Shown one piece after another: positions 23,168 to 32,000 of a DNA stretch of 32,000 nucleotides. A program made the position numbers and the translations under genes. The DNA comes from Rhodobacter capsulatus SB 1003 (GTDB taxonomy: Bacteria > Pseudomonadota > Alphaproteobacteria > Rhodobacterales > Rhodobacteraceae). Within the stretch, counting starts at the first letter, position 1. The number at the start of each line of letters is the position of its first letter. Below the pieces are notes generated by a model, which did no database searches, was not told the origin of the DNA, and saw only the letters and a program-made list of their open reading frames with translations. The DNA is taken from NCBI RefSeq assembly GCF_000021865.1, contig NC_014034.1, positions 2,610,001 through 2,642,000 of the forward strand, in the 5' to 3' direction.

Positions 23168-24556
23168 TCAGCGGCCGGTCAGCCGGTTCGCCAGCCGCGC
23201 AAGGGGAGAGGTCCGCGGATCGCCGCCCGCCGCCTCTTGCCGGTCGGCCAGAGCGTAAAGCTGATACATCCCGTGCACGCCCAGCCAGCGCAGCGGCTCG
23301 GGCTCCCATTTGCGCGGATGCCGGTTGACCCAGGGCAGCCCGGTCCGGTCCGTGTCGCGCCCAAGCACCAGATCGGCCAGCGTCCGCCCGGCCAGATTGG
23401 CGGTGGAAACCCCCAGCCCGACATAGCCCCCCGCCCAGCCGATCCCGGTCGCCGGGTCCAGCCCGACCGTCGCGCACCAGTCCCGCGGCACGCCCAGCAC
23501 GCCGCACCAGGCATGATCCAGCCGCAGCCCCCGCACCTGCGGCAGCATGCGATAGAGGATCTCGGTCAGCTTCGCGATCGTCGCGGCCTGGGTCTGCCCG
23601 TTCCGGTCGGTGCGCGAAGCGAAGCGATAGGGCACGCCGCGCCCGCCCATCGCGATGCGGCCCTCGCGGGTGCGCTGCGCATAGCAATAGGCATGCGCGG
23701 CATCGCCGAAAAGCTCGGCCCCCGTCCAGCCGATCTCCTCCCAAAGCGCGGCGGGAAGCGGTTCGGTCACCACCATCGCGCTGTTGAGCGGCAGCCATTC
23801 GCGTTCCTGCCCGGGGATGCCATGGGTGAACCCCTCGGTCGCGCGCAGGATCCGCGGCGCCCGCACCGTGCCGCGCGCGGTCGTCACCCGCCCCGGGGCA
23901 AGGCCGGTCACGCAGGTGTCCTCGTAGATCGTCACCCCCAGACGCTCGACCGCCGCGGCCAGACCGCGCACCAGTTTCGCGGGCTGCACCCGGGCCACGC
24001 CATGCGTCACCAGCGCGCCAAGCACCCCCGGCACCCGGATCCGCGCGGCGGCGGCAGCAGCGTCGAGCAGCTCCACCCGGTCGGGGCCGATCTCCCAGGC
24101 GCGTTCTTCGGCCAGGGTGTCGCGCAGCCGCTGCAGCTGCGCCGGATTGCGCGCAAAGGTCAGGCAATCGGTCTTCACGATATCGGCCGCGATCGCCTCG
24201 GCGCTGCAGACGCGCAGGATTTCCGCCACGCTGTCGCGCAGCTGCCGTTCCAGCGCGATCACCCCGGCGCGGCTGCCGCCTTGCAGATATTTCCCGCGGC
24301 TCCAGCCGAATTCGCCCGAGCACCAGCCGCCGTTGCGGCCCGAGGCGCCAAAGCCCGCGAAATCCCGCTCGAGCACCGCAATCGAGAGCGACGGCGCAAG
24401 CTGCTTCAGATAATAGGCGCTCCACAGCCCGGTGAAGCCCGCGCCGATGATGCAGACATCGACCGCCAGATCCCCCGGCAGGGGCGCGCGCCGGGGCGGC
24501 AGCCCGCCGATATCGGCAAACCAGAACGACACCTGCCCATTCGTCGTCACATCCAT
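23168..24556 (-). CDS. FAD-dependent oxidoreductase of the DAO family (PuuB/OrdL-like)
   Basis: 462 codons with GGGGGA upstream of the ATG. The N-terminal dinucleotide fold is VDVCIIGAGFTGLWSAYYL. A DAO-type core follows. Confidence 0.9.
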   Translation of the reverse strand: MDVTTNGQVSFWFADIGGLPPRRAPLPGDLAVDVCIIGAGFTGLWSAYYLKQLAPSLSIAVLERDFAGFGASGRNGGWCSGEFGWSRGKYLQGGSRAGVIALERQLRDSVAEILRVCSAEAIAADIVKTDCLTFARNPAQLQRLRDTLAEERAWEIGPDRVELLDAAAAAARIRVPGVLGALVTHGVARVQPAKLVRGLAAAVERLGVTIYEDTCVTGLAPGRVTTARGTVRAPRILRATEGFTHGIPGQEREWLPLNSAMVVTEPLPAALWEEIGWTGAELFGDAAHAYCYAQRTREGRIAMGGRGVPYRFASRTDRNGQTQAATIAKLTEILYRMLPQVRGLRLDHAWCGVLGVPRDWCATVGLDPATGIGWAGGYVGLGVSTANLAGRTLADLVLGRDTDRTGLPWVNRHPRKWEPEPLRWLGVHGMYQLYALADRQEAAGGDPRTSPLARLANRLTGR

Positions 24557-24733
24557 CGCATCCCCCGACCCGCCCGTCTGCCGCGCCCGGCAAGGGTCGG
24601 CCAGCCCCCCGGGGAATGCAAGAAGAACCGCAGGCCGGTCGCGGGCCGCCGCCGCCTCGCGGCATCTTTATGCATCGTGGCTTGACCTTTGCCCGCCCAG
24701 AGGCCAGCTTGCGCCGACTTTTGGGAGCGATCC

Positions 24734-26026
24734 ATGGCCACACGCACCGCGCCGTTTTCCGGCTTCGAATTCCTGATCGCCTGGCGCTACCTGCGCGCCC
24801 GCCGCGCCGAGGGCGGCGTCAGCGTGATGACCTGGATCAGCCTGATCGGCATCATGCTGGGCGTGGCCGCGCTGATCATCACGCTGGCCGTGCGCGCGGG
24901 CTTTCGCGCCGAATTCGTCGACACGATCCTGGGTTCGAACGCCCATGTCACGGTCTATTCCGCGCCGATGGAAGTGGCGCCCGAGACCGGGATCTTTTCC
25001 AGCCTGATGCCCGATTACGCCGCGCGCGCCGCGCGGATCGCGCAGGTGCCGGGCGTCACCCGGGCGGCGCCGCTGATCCGGGGTCAAGTGATGGCGACGA
25101 TGAACGACCGCTCGAACGTCGCGGAAGTCTATGGGATTTCTTATGAAAACCTGATGACCATTCCCCGCGTCGCGCATTCGGCGCAGATCGACGGCGAGAT
25201 CGAAAGCTTCGGTCAGGGCATCGCCATGGGGTCGGAACTGGCGCGCGAGCTGGGCGTGGCGGCGGGCGACACGGTCAAGCTGATCTCTCCGAACGGGGTC
25301 AAGACGCCGTTTGGCGTCTCGCCGCGGGTGAATGCCTATACCGTCGTTTATGTCTTCACCGCCGGGCGCTGGGACATCGACCGCACCCGCATCTACATGC
25401 CCTTTGCCGAGGCCCAGAGCTTCTTCAACCGCGAGGGTGGCGCCGACGAGATCGAGGTGATGGTCAAGGACCCCGAGCATGTCGATGACCTGACGCCGCA
25501 GCTGATCGCGGCGGGGGGCGCGGGCACGATGCTGTGGTCTTGGCGCGATGCCTCGGGCAGCTTCCTGCGCGCGCTGACGATGGAGGACAACGTGATGTTC
25601 GTGATCCTCTCGGTGCTGGTCTTGATCGCGACGATGAACATCACCTCGGGGCTGATCATGCTGGTGAAGAACAAGGGCCGCGACATCGGCATTTTGCGCA
25701 CCATGGGGCTGACCGAGGGCTCGGTGATGCGGGTGTTTTTCCTCTGCGGGGCCTTTACCGGCACGATCGGGACGGCGCTGGGCGTCGGGCTGGGGGTGCT
25801 TTTCGCGCTCAACATCAGCCATGTGATGGATGCGGTGAACTGGGTCAGCGGCGGCGGCGCCTGGGATCCGTCGATCCGCGGCATCTATGAATTGCCTGCG
25901 AAACTGCTGCCCTGGGACGTGGCCAAGGCGGTCGTCCTGGCGCTGGGGCTCAGCTTCGTGGTGACGATCTTTCCGGCCCGCCGGGCGGCGCGGCTCAATC
26001 CGGTGGAGGCGCTGCGCTATGAATGA
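24734..26026 (+). CDS. lolE: Lipoprotein-releasing system permease (LolC/LolE family)
   Basis: ATG 24734 with GGGAG upstream. The N-terminus is [14 protein letters not shown]. It has a MacB-like periplasmic domain and a C-terminal FtsX-type helix bundle. It overlaps lolD by 8 nt. Confidence 0.9.
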   Translation: MATRTAPFSGFEFLIAWRYLRARRAEGGVSVMTWISLIGIMLGVAALIITLAVRAGFRAEFVDTILGSNAHVTVYSAPMEVAPETGIFSSLMPDYAARAARIAQVPGVTRAAPLIRGQVMATMNDRSNVAEVYGISYENLMTIPRVAHSAQIDGEIESFGQGIAMGSELARELGVAAGDTVKLISPNGVKTPFGVSPRVNAYTVVYVFTAGRWDIDRTRIYMPFAEAQSFFNREGGADEIEVMVKDPEHVDDLTPQLIAAGGAGTMLWSWRDASGSFLRALTMEDNVMFVILSVLVLIATMNITSGLIMLVKNKGRDIGILRTMGLTEGSVMRVFFLCGAFTGTIGTALGVGLGVLFALNISHVMDAVNWVSGGGAWDPSIRGIYELPAKLLPWDVAKAVVLALGLSFVVTIFPARRAARLNPVEALRYE

Positions 26027-26702
26027 GGTGTTGCGGCTTGATCGGCTCGAAAAGGGCTACAACCGGGGCAAGGCGAATGAAATCATCGTGCTGCGCGGGG
26101 CCTCGCTGGTCATTCCGCGCGGGCAGGTGGTGGCGCTTGTCGCGCCTTCGGGGGCGGGGAAATCGACGCTTCTGCATATTGCCGGGCTGCTCGACACGCC
26201 CGATTCCGGCCGGGTGATCGTGAACGGGCAGGATCTGACCGGGGCGAAGGACGCGGCCCGCACCGTCGCGCGGCGCGAGGCTTTGGGCTTTGTCTATCAG
26301 TTTCACCATCTGCTGCCCGAATTCACCGCGCTGGAAAACATCGTGCTGCCGCAGCTGGCCAATGGCACCGCGCGCAAGGCGGCCGAGGCCCGCGCGCAGG
26401 AATTGCTGGCGCGCGTCGGGCTGGCGGCACGCGCCGGGCACCGGCCCTCGGCGCTCTCGGGGGGGGAACAGCAGCGCGTGGCCTTTTGCCGGGCGCTGGC
26501 GAACCGCCCTGCCCTGCTTTTGGCCGACGAGCCCACCGGCAACCTGGACCCGACCACCTCGGAAACCGTGTTCTCGGCGCTGATGGAACTGGTGCGCGCG
26601 ACCGGGCTTTCGGCGCTGATCGCGACGCACAATCTGGAGCTGGCCGCGCGGATGGACCGGGTGTTGCGGCTGAGCGATGGCCAGCTGGTGGAGGCAAAAT
26701 GA
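26019..26702 (+). CDS. lolD: Lipoprotein-releasing system ATP-binding protein
   Basis: Walker [10 protein letters not shown], the LolD-typical block [20 protein letters not shown], signature LSGGEQQRV and Walker [12 protein letters not shown]. Confidence 0.9.
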   Translation: MNEVLRLDRLEKGYNRGKANEIIVLRGASLVIPRGQVVALVAPSGAGKSTLLHIAGLLDTPDSGRVIVNGQDLTGAKDAARTVARREALGFVYQFHHLLPEFTALENIVLPQLANGTARKAAEARAQELLARVGLAARAGHRPSALSGGEQQRVAFCRALANRPALLLADEPTGNLDPTTSETVFSALMELVRATGLSALIATHNLELAARMDRVLRLSDGQLVEAK

Positions 26703-27019
26703 TCGTCTACGGCATCAAGACCTGCGGCACGGTGCAAAAGGCGCTGGCGGCGCTGACGGCGGCGGGCAAGGCGCCGGTGCTGCGCGATATCCGCAAGGCG
26801 CCGCTGACCGAGGCCGAGATCGCGGAATTCATCGCGGCCTTTGGCGAGAAGCTGATCAACCGCAGCTCGACCACCTGGCGGGCGCTGCCGGAAGCCGAGC
26901 GTGCCGCCCCCGTCGCGACGCTGCTGCAGGCCCATCCGACCTTGATGAAACGGCCGGTGATCCGCGGCAACGGGCTGACGCTGGGCTGGGATGCTGCCGC
27001 GCAAATGGCTCAATTATAA
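26699..27019 (+). CDS. ArsC/Spx-family thioredoxin-fold protein (YffB-like, 106 aa)
   Basis: ATGA overlap with the lolD stop. The N-terminus is [15 protein letters not shown]. The later blocks INRSSTTWR and LMKRPVI are typical of the ArsC family. Confidence 0.8.
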   Translation: MIVYGIKTCGTVQKALAALTAAGKAPVLRDIRKAPLTEAEIAEFIAAFGEKLINRSSTTWRALPEAERAAPVATLLQAHPTLMKRPVIRGNGLTLGWDAAAQMAQL

Positions 27020-27147
27020 CTCTTTCTTACCTCTGACGCGTCGAAGTAATCTCAAAGTTGCGACGTCTTATAACTTCTGGACGATAGGATGGCGCGGCTT
27101 TTCGCGCTAAATTCCCCTGGGGAAGAGGCGAGAACAGGCAGGACGTC

Positions 27148-27429
27148 ATGACCGCAATTCCGAAGCCGCGGATAGAAATTCCGCGCGAGGAAATCCGTTC
27201 CCAGTCGCAAAGCTTCTGGACACAGCTCGCATGGATCAGCGCCGGGGCCTCGCCCCTGATGGCCTGGCGGCGCGCCGCGCGGATGAGCGTGGCGGATCTG
27301 GCACGGGAATCGGGCGTCTCCCCCGAGATCATCACCGCGATCGAGGCGCGGCGCCACAGCCCCAGCCGGCTGGAACTGGTCGCGCTGGCGGCCTCGCTGG
27401 GGCTGAGCGTCGGCGATCTGCAGGACTGA
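27148..27429 (+). CDS. XRE-family (Cro/C1-type) HTH protein (93 aa)
   Basis: The C-terminal part, LMAWRRAARMSVADLARESGVSPEIITAIEARRHSPSRLELVALAASLGLSVGDL, matches the HTH_3 pattern. About 40 N-terminal residues have no recognisable motif. Confidence 0.7.
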   Translation: MTAIPKPRIEIPREEIRSQSQSFWTQLAWISAGASPLMAWRRAARMSVADLARESGVSPEIITAIEARRHSPSRLELVALAASLGLSVGDLQD

Positions 27430-27450
27430 GCGGCCCCCGGAAAGAAAAAA

Positions 27451-27471
27451 GCCCGCGTGGGCGCCGCGGGC
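27451..27471. terminator. Bidirectional stem-loop between the convergent XRE and csp genes
   Basis: gcccgcg tgggcgc cgcgggc is preceded by aaaaaa. On the minus strand that gives a T6 run after the hairpin, which would serve csp. Confidence 0.6.
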
Positions 27472-27494
27472 CTTCTCGACGGCAGGAGCGTCGT

Positions 27495-27701
27495 TCAGAG
27501 AAGTTTCAGATCGCCCGCCGACGAGCGGCCGTCGCGCCCCGAGATCAGTTCGAAGCTGATCTTCTGGTTGTCGCTGAGCGCCTTCAGCCCGGCGCGTTCC
27601 ACCGCCGAGATGTGGACGAACACGTCCTTGCCACCCCCATCGGGGGCGATGAACCCGTAGCCCTTGGTGGTGTTGAACCATTTCACGGTTCCGGTAGCCA
27701 T
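27495..27701 (-). CDS. cspA: CspA-family cold-shock protein (68 aa)
   Basis: The translation is MATGTVKWFNTTKGYGFIAPDGGGKDVFVHISAV, with RNP1 KGYGFI and RNP2 VFVHI. GAGGAGAG lies upstream of the ATG at 27699-27701. A long lower-GC leader lies upstream. Confidence 0.95.
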   Translation of the reverse strand: MATGTVKWFNTTKGYGFIAPDGGGKDVFVHISAVERAGLKALSDNQKISFELISGRDGRSSAGDLKLL

Positions 27702-28020
27702 ATCTCTCTCCTCGTATTGGCCGAAGGCGACATTGCCCCCGGACGTGCAGCCAGGTCTTCCAAGTCTTCCGGCTGCCCCGAAAAGGGAGCGGTAGGAAAG
27801 TCCAAGTTCACGCAAGGGGAAGCGTGCCATACACATTCCAAAAATCAACGGCCAAAGCGCCGCAGGCGCTGATTTCAAAGGCTGCGACATTTTTGCATCT
27901 CCAAGTTGAAGATGGAATAATTTCAGGGCGTTGTCAGGCGGTCAAAAGCCGGAACAAAGCGGAAACACCGGCACCACCGGCCCGCCCCGCGCCATAGGCG
28001 CGCAGGGCTTGAAACGGAAC

Positions 28021-28049
28021 GGGACGCCACAGGTTTCCCGTGGCGTCCC
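28021..28049 (-). terminator. Stem-loop just downstream of thrS
   Basis: gggacgccac aggtttccc gtggcgtccc forms a 10-bp stem 29 nt past the thrS stop. On the minus strand it is followed by GTTCCGTTTC. Confidence 0.5.
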
Positions 28050-28077
28050 GCATGATCCGGCAGTCGTTTCAGCGCCT

Positions 28078-30024
28078 TCAGCGCAGGTCGGGCGGCGTCG
28101 CCTCGGCTTTCAGCGCCGCGACGATGGCATCAAGCGCCACGGTTTCGGTGCGGGTATCGCCCAGACGGCGGACCGAAACGGTGCGGGTCTCGACCTCTTT
28201 CGCGCCGATGGCGAAGATATAGGGCACCTTGCCCAGGCTGTGCTCGCGGACCTTGTAGTTGATCTTTTCGTTGCGGGTGTCGCATTCGGCGCGAATCCCC
28301 GCCGCGATCAGCGTCGCCGCAACCTCTTCCACGTAATCATCGGCCTCCGAGGTGATCGAGGCCACCACCACCTGCCGCGGCGCCAGCCACAAGGGCAGCT
28401 TGCCCGCATGCGATTCGATCAGGATCCCGATGAAACGCTCGAAACTGCCCAGACAGGCGCGGTGCAGCATGACGGGGCGGTGTTTCGCGCCATCGGGGCC
28501 GATGTAATTCGCATCGAGCCGCTCGGGCAGGTTCGGGTCCACCTGCAGCGTGCCGCATTGCCAGTCACGGCCGATCGCATCGGTCAGCACGAATTCCAGC
28601 TTCGGCCCGTAAAACGCGCCCTCGCCCTCGAAGATCTCATACTCATGCCCGGCCGCGGTGACCGCATTGGCCAGCGCCGCCTCGGCGTGATCCCAGCTTT
28701 CCTCGGTGCCGATGCGCTTTTCGGGCCGGGTCGAGAGCTTGATGCGCCATTTGTCAAAGCCCAGATCGGCATAGACCGCCGAGAGGAATTCGATGAATTT
28801 CTTCGTTTCCGCCTCGATCTGATCTTCCATGCAGAAGATATGCGCGTCGTCCTGGGTGAAGCCGCGCACCCGCATGATGCCATGCAGCGCCCCCGAGGGT
28901 TCATAGCGCGCGCAGGAGCCGAATTCCGCCATCCGCAGCGGCAGATCGCGGTAGGACTTCAGCCCGACGTTGAAGATCTGCACATGGCAGGGGCAGTTCA
29001 TCGGCTTGAGCGCGTTGATCACCTTTTCCCGCGCGCCCTCTTCATCGACTTCGACGATGAACATGTTCTCGCGGTAGTTTTCCCAATGCCCCGAGGCCTC
29101 CCAGAGCTTGCGGTTCACCACCTGCGGCGTGTTCACCTCGACATAGCCGTCGGCGCGCTGGCGGCGGCGCATGTAATCCTGCAGCGTCGTGTAGATCGTC
29201 CAGCCGTTCGGATGCCAGAACACCTGGCCCGGCGCTTCCTCCTGCATGTGAAACAGGTCCATCTCGCGGCCAAGCTTGCGGTGATCGCGCTTCGCGGCCT
29301 CCTCGAGCATGGTCATGTGGGCTTTCAGGTCATCGCGGGTGCGGAAGGCGATGCCGTAGATGCGCTGCAGCATCGGGCGCGTGCTGTCGCCCAGCCAATA
29401 GGCGCCCGCGACATGGGTCAGCTTGAAGGCGTCGGCGGGCACCTGGCCCGTGTGTTGCAGATGCGGGCCGCGGCAGAGATCCTGCCAGTTCCCGTGCCAA
29501 TACATCCGCAGATCTTCCCCCTCGGGGATGCGGTTCACCAGTTCGACCTTGTAGGGCTCGTTCGATTTTTCGTAATGCGCAATGGCGTCTTCGCGCGACC
29601 AGACTTCGGTGCGGACAGGCTCGCGGGCGTTGATGATCTGCTTCATCCGCGCTTCGATCTGGCCCAGATCCTCGGGGGTGAAGGGCTCGGCGCGGTCGAA
29701 GTCATAAAACCAGCCCGCATCGCGGACCGGGCCGATGGTGACCTTCACATCGGGCCAGATCTCCTGCACGGCGCGGGCCATGATATGGGCCAGATCGTGG
29801 CGGATCAGCTCCAGCGCCGGAACCGGGTCCTTCATCGTGTTGATCGAGATCCGCGCGTCGCGCTTGATCGGCCATTGCAGGTCCCAATGCGCGCCATCAA
29901 GCTGCGCCGAGATCGCCGCCTTCGCCAGCGAGGGCGAGATCGAGGCCGCCACCTCGGCCGCCGTCACCCCTGCGGGGTAATCGCGTTTGGCACCATCGGG
30001 AAAGTGGAGAGAGATCTGGGACAT
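28078..30024 (-). CDS. thrS: Threonyl-tRNA synthetase
   Basis: 648 codons with GAGGAGG upstream of the ATG. It has a TGS-domain N-terminus ([18 protein letters not shown]), class II motifs ([10 protein letters not shown]..., [20 protein letters not shown]) and an anticodon-binding C-terminus. Confidence 0.95.
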   Translation of the reverse strand: MSQISLHFPDGAKRDYPAGVTAAEVAASISPSLAKAAISAQLDGAHWDLQWPIKRDARISINTMKDPVPALELIRHDLAHIMARAVQEIWPDVKVTIGPVRDAGWFYDFDRAEPFTPEDLGQIEARMKQIINAREPVRTEVWSREDAIAHYEKSNEPYKVELVNRIPEGEDLRMYWHGNWQDLCRGPHLQHTGQVPADAFKLTHVAGAYWLGDSTRPMLQRIYGIAFRTRDDLKAHMTMLEEAAKRDHRKLGREMDLFHMQEEAPGQVFWHPNGWTIYTTLQDYMRRRQRADGYVEVNTPQVVNRKLWEASGHWENYRENMFIVEVDEEGAREKVINALKPMNCPCHVQIFNVGLKSYRDLPLRMAEFGSCARYEPSGALHGIMRVRGFTQDDAHIFCMEDQIEAETKKFIEFLSAVYADLGFDKWRIKLSTRPEKRIGTEESWDHAEAALANAVTAAGHEYEIFEGEGAFYGPKLEFVLTDAIGRDWQCGTLQVDPNLPERLDANYIGPDGAKHRPVMLHRACLGSFERFIGILIESHAGKLPLWLAPRQVVVASITSEADDYVEEVAATLIAAGIRAECDTRNEKINYKVREHSLGKVPYIFAIGAKEVETRTVSVRRLGDTRTETVALDAIVAALKAEATPPDLR

Positions 30025-30083
30025 ATGTCCTCCTCGTCGGTTTGGCGGCTACAAAGCGCCCGGTTGCGGGTTATGATGCGCCG

Positions 30084-30112
30084 GGTATGCGACGCGGCGG
30101 CAGGCGTGTCAA
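30084..30112 (-). promoter_or_regulatory. Candidate sigma-70-type promoter for thrS
   Basis: On the minus strand, TTGACA (30107-30112) is followed by a 17-nt spacer and CATACC (30084-30089), about 60 nt upstream of the thrS ATG. The -10 element is weak. Confidence 0.3.
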
Positions 30113-30133
30113 CCGTGGCGCTTTTGCGCAGGC

Positions 30134-30154
30134 AAAAGGGGGGCGCTGCCCCCC
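30134..30154 (-). terminator. Rho-independent terminator ending the outer-membrane-protein transcript
   Basis: On the minus strand, GGGGGG CAGCG CCCCCC is followed directly by TTTT. Confidence 0.55.
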
Positions 30155-30255
30155 TCTTGGCTTCGGCCAATTCGCCCCCCGAGGTATTTGGAACAAGATG
30201 AAAAGACCATGGGTTCATCTTGCCTCAAATATCCCGGGGGGAGTCCTGAAAGGAC

Positions 30256-30272
30256 GGGGGGCAGAGCCCCCC
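30256..30272 (-). other. G6-N5-C6 stem-loop immediately 3' of the outer-membrane-protein gene
   Basis: ggggggcagagcccccc has the same architecture as the hairpin at 30138-30154 but lacks a clean T-tract. Confidence 0.5.
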
Positions 30273-30299
30273 TCCCGGGTCTTTCTCAAGCGTTCCGGC

Positions 30300-30929
30300 T
30301 CAGAACCGGAAGCCCGCGCGCACCTGCACGGTGTTGAAGTTGGTGTCGACGCTGCGCGCAGAGCCGTCGAAATCGGTGCTCAGCTCGCGGCGCATCAGTT
30401 CGGCGCCGACCGACCACTTGTCGTTCACCGCGTAATCGACGCCCAGACCGTAGTTCATGCCATCGGCCGCGCCATTCGTCTGGCCGTCGCCGTTCTTCCA
30501 GTCGCCGCGCGAATAGCCGACGAAGGCATAGGGCAGCGCCTTGCCATAGGCCATCCCGGCGCGGGCTTTCAGGTCGATCATGTTGTCGAACTTGCCCGGC
30601 GCCCCATCGAGGTTGAAATCGGTGGCCTGGGCCGCGATCTCGCCGCCGTAGACAAGCGCGCCCGACTGCAGGTTGTAGCCGCCAAAGACCCCGTAGCTGC
30701 CGCGGCCCATGCCAAAGGCGGCACCGCCGGGCGCGTAGCTGGCGCCGCCGCCGGTGACAGAGCCGCCGGTGATCCCGGCATAGAACCCGTCCCAGGCTTG
30801 CACGGGCGCCGGTGCCGGGGTCGCCGCCACCGTCGGTTCGCTTTCGACCACGGGCGGCGTCAGGCCACCGGCAAGGGCGGGGGCGGCAAGGCTGGCCATC
30901 GCGACGATCGCAACACTGAGCTTTTTCAT
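30300..30929 (-). CDS. Outer-membrane beta-barrel protein (Omp25/Omp31/OMP_b-brl family, 209 aa)
   Basis: ATG 30927-30929 with GAGGAAG upstream. Signal peptide: MKKLSVAIVAMASLAAPALA. It has Gly/Tyr-rich alternating strands and ends in the aromatic C-terminus VRAGFRF. Confidence 0.85.
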   Translation of the reverse strand: MKKLSVAIVAMASLAAPALAGGLTPPVVESEPTVAATPAPAPVQAWDGFYAGITGGSVTGGGASYAPGGAAFGMGRGSYGVFGGYNLQSGALVYGGEIAAQATDFNLDGAPGKFDNMIDLKARAGMAYGKALPYAFVGYSRGDWKNGDGQTNGAADGMNYGLGVDYAVNDKWSVGAELMRRELSTDFDGSARSVDTNFNTVQVRAGFRF

Positions 30930-31055
30930 CTTCCTCTTCCTTCGGCAAAGATGCGTCATGCCAGCAAGATTTGCATTTTTCCGAACAAGTTCAATATTTT
31001 GACCGGGAACATCGAAACACGATCGCTCAACAGCCCGTGCCCGTGACGTGAGGGA

Positions 31056-31084
31056 AAAGCCCGCGGCCTTGCGGCGCGGGCTTT
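31056..31084. terminator. Bidirectional rho-independent terminator
   Basis: aaagcccgcg gccttgcgg cgcgggcttt forms a 10-bp stem. TTTGTTTT follows on the plus strand and TTTTCCC on the minus strand. It lies between the RTX gene end and the OMP promoter region. Confidence 0.6.
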
Positions 31085-31171
31085 GTTTTCAATCGGTTCG
31101 CGGCCGGGACGGGCTCACGATCCGGTGTGAAGCCGCAGATCGCGGGCAGGCCCGGTGATGCGGCGGCAAGG

Positions 31172-31198
31172 CCCCGCCCGGGACATCCCCGGGCGGGG
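31172..31198 (-). other. Perfect 11-bp GC stem-loop 10 nt after the RTX stop codon
   Basis: ccccgcccggg acatc cccgggcgggg. No T-tract follows. Confidence 0.5.
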
Positions 31199-31207
31199 CG
31201 GGGCGCG

Positions 31208-32000
31208 TCAGATGAAGATCACGTCGCTGCCCGAGAGGCTGAAATCGGCCGCGGTGAAGCTGCCCGTCAGCCGGATCGTCAGATCCGCCCCGGCGGTGCC
31301 GTCCAGGCCGATCGCCAGCGTCGTCACCCCGCCCGAGGCGGAGACGGCGATCTGCCCGGCGCCCAGCGTCGTGCCCGCGCCATTGGCGATGCTGCTCAGC
31401 GCCAGCCCGCTCAGCCGCAGCCGGTCGCCGATGGCGCCATCGGCGATCGTGTCGATGCCGCAGCCGTAAAGGTTGGTGAACTGGAACACATCCGCCCCCG
31501 CGCCGCCCAGCAGCGTGTCATTGCCGTCGCCGCCGTTCAGGATGTCATTGCCGGCGCCGGTGCTGATCCGGTCGTTGCCGCCAAAGGCGTAAAGCCGGTC
31601 ATTGCGGGCCGAGCCGGTGATGTTGTAGGTCTCGAAGTTGTTGAAGGTGGCATCATAGCTGCCGTCGGTGGCATAGATGTGATAGGCGCCGTTGGAGACG
31701 TAATCCATCCGCAGCCCCGAGGTCGCCAGCGAGGCGTTCAGCGTCAGGCTGTCGGTGCCCGCGCCGCCATCCGCCCATTCCGACCGGCCACGCCCCAGAT
31801 TGACAGTGTCGTTGCCCTCGTTCGTCGCCACCGCGTCATTGCCGGTGCCCGCCGAGAGGTTGACGATATCGGCATTCTGCCCGGTGGTCAGCGACACCGC
31901 CTCGATCCCGGTCAGGACCGTGCCCGCCCCGCTGACCGTGGCCGCGCCCGCCGCGCTCAGCGTCAGACCGATCGCCACCGTCGCGCCCGCAAAGCTGGCC
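31208..32000 (-). CDS. RTX-type (hemolysin-type calcium-binding repeat) secreted protein. Only the C-terminal part is present; the gene extends past the right edge.
   Basis: The frame stays open to base 32000. Nonapeptide GGxGxD repeats are present (GGAGTDSLT, FGGNDRIST, GAGNDILNG, GDGNDTLLG, GAGADVFQF). The acidic-plus-hydrophobic C-terminus SGSDVIFI is typical of type I secretion substrates. Confidence 0.85.
   Translation of the reverse strand, partial: ASFAGATVAIGLTLSAAGAATVSGAGTVLTGIEAVSLTTGQNADIVNLSAGTGNDAVATNEGNDTVNLGRGRSEWADGGAGTDSLTLNASLATSGLRMDYVSNGAYHIYATDGSYDATFNNFETYNITGSARNDRLYAFGGNDRISTGAGNDILNGGDGNDTLLGGAGADVFQFTNLYGCGIDTIADGAIGDRLRLSGLALSSIANGAGTTLGAGQIAVSASGGVTTLAIGLDGTAGADLTIRLTGSFTAADFSLSGSDVIFI

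Noticed and set aside
22893-24743. 616-codon minus-strand ORF overlapping the FAD oxidoreductase in another frame
   Set aside because: The 23168-24556 frame carries the GxGxxG dinucleotide fold and a DAO-type core. The alternative frame is Arg/Gly/Ala-rich with no motif.
26459-26466. Other homopolymers: G8 in lolD (26459-26466), C7 at 6879-6885, G7 at 22857-22863 and C7 near 22742
   Set aside because: All lie inside ORFs that stay in frame through them (for example LSGGEQQ in lolD). They give no sign of frame disruption, unlike the tract at 7778-7786.
27014-27075. 8-bp direct repeat TTATAACT (27014-27021 and 27068-27075) flanking an imperfect inverted repeat, considered as a possible insertion scar or miniature element next to the XRE gene
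   Set aside because: The repeats are too short and the inverted repeat is imperfect. No transposase, integrase or tRNA target is nearby. Chance occurrence in a lower-GC intergenic region is sufficient to explain it.
27811-27829. TGGCACGCTTCCCCTTGCG on the minus strand upstream of cspA, which resembles a sigma-54 -24/-12 promoter
   Set aside because: The GG and GC dinucleotides are 13 nt apart instead of 10, so it does not fit the TGGCAC-N5-TTGC geometry.
1-32000. CRISPR arrays, tRNA/rRNA genes, insertion sequences, prophage or defence-island signatures
   Set aside because: I saw no spaced direct-repeat array, no cloverleaf-compatible 70-90-nt intergenic segment, no rRNA-like region, and no transposase, integrase, nuclease or helicase defence-type ORF on either strand.

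Overview
This is a high-GC, densely coded chromosomal window that looks alphaproteobacterial (Rhodobacterales-like; this is inferred from protein style only). It holds about 30 genes. I found no rRNA, tRNA, CRISPR array, transposase or integrase. Many neighbouring genes share ATGA start/stop overlaps, so most of the window is organised as operons.

(1) 1 to about 8042, minus strand: a tightly coupled seven-gene operon. The order is radical SAM/SPASM, fatty acyl-AMP ligase, cytochrome P450, stand-alone acyl carrier protein, GT2::TylF O-methyltransferase fusion, tandem methyltransferase-fold protein, then a thioesterase-like protein that runs off the left edge. I do not recognise this combination as a described pathway. 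It is the best candidate for a novel system, probably an O-methylated glycolipid or a lipidated peptide. Its first gene has no usable start codon in frame with the Fe-S motif. A 9-nt G/C homopolymer at 7778-7786 sits exactly where a +/-1 change would restore one.

(2) 8240-14971: an Lrp/AsnC regulator, then a GntR/FCD regulator divergent from a Liv-type ABC importer. A hydantoin-racemase-family gene is fused onto the end of that importer operon.

(3) 14996-24556, minus strand: a DAO-family FAD oxidoreductase, a PAS-only sensor protein, a degenerate PAS-AAA+-HTH regulator (no GAFTGA, altered Walker B), a PotF/G/H/I-like ABC importer and an aldehyde dehydrogenase.

(4) 24734-32000: housekeeping and envelope genes. 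These are lolE-lolD plus an ArsC-family gene, a small XRE HTH protein, cspA, thrS, an Omp25/31-like beta-barrel protein and a partial RTX calcium-binding protein.

Most of the long ORFs in the supplied track are antisense or alternate-frame shadows typical of high-GC DNA.
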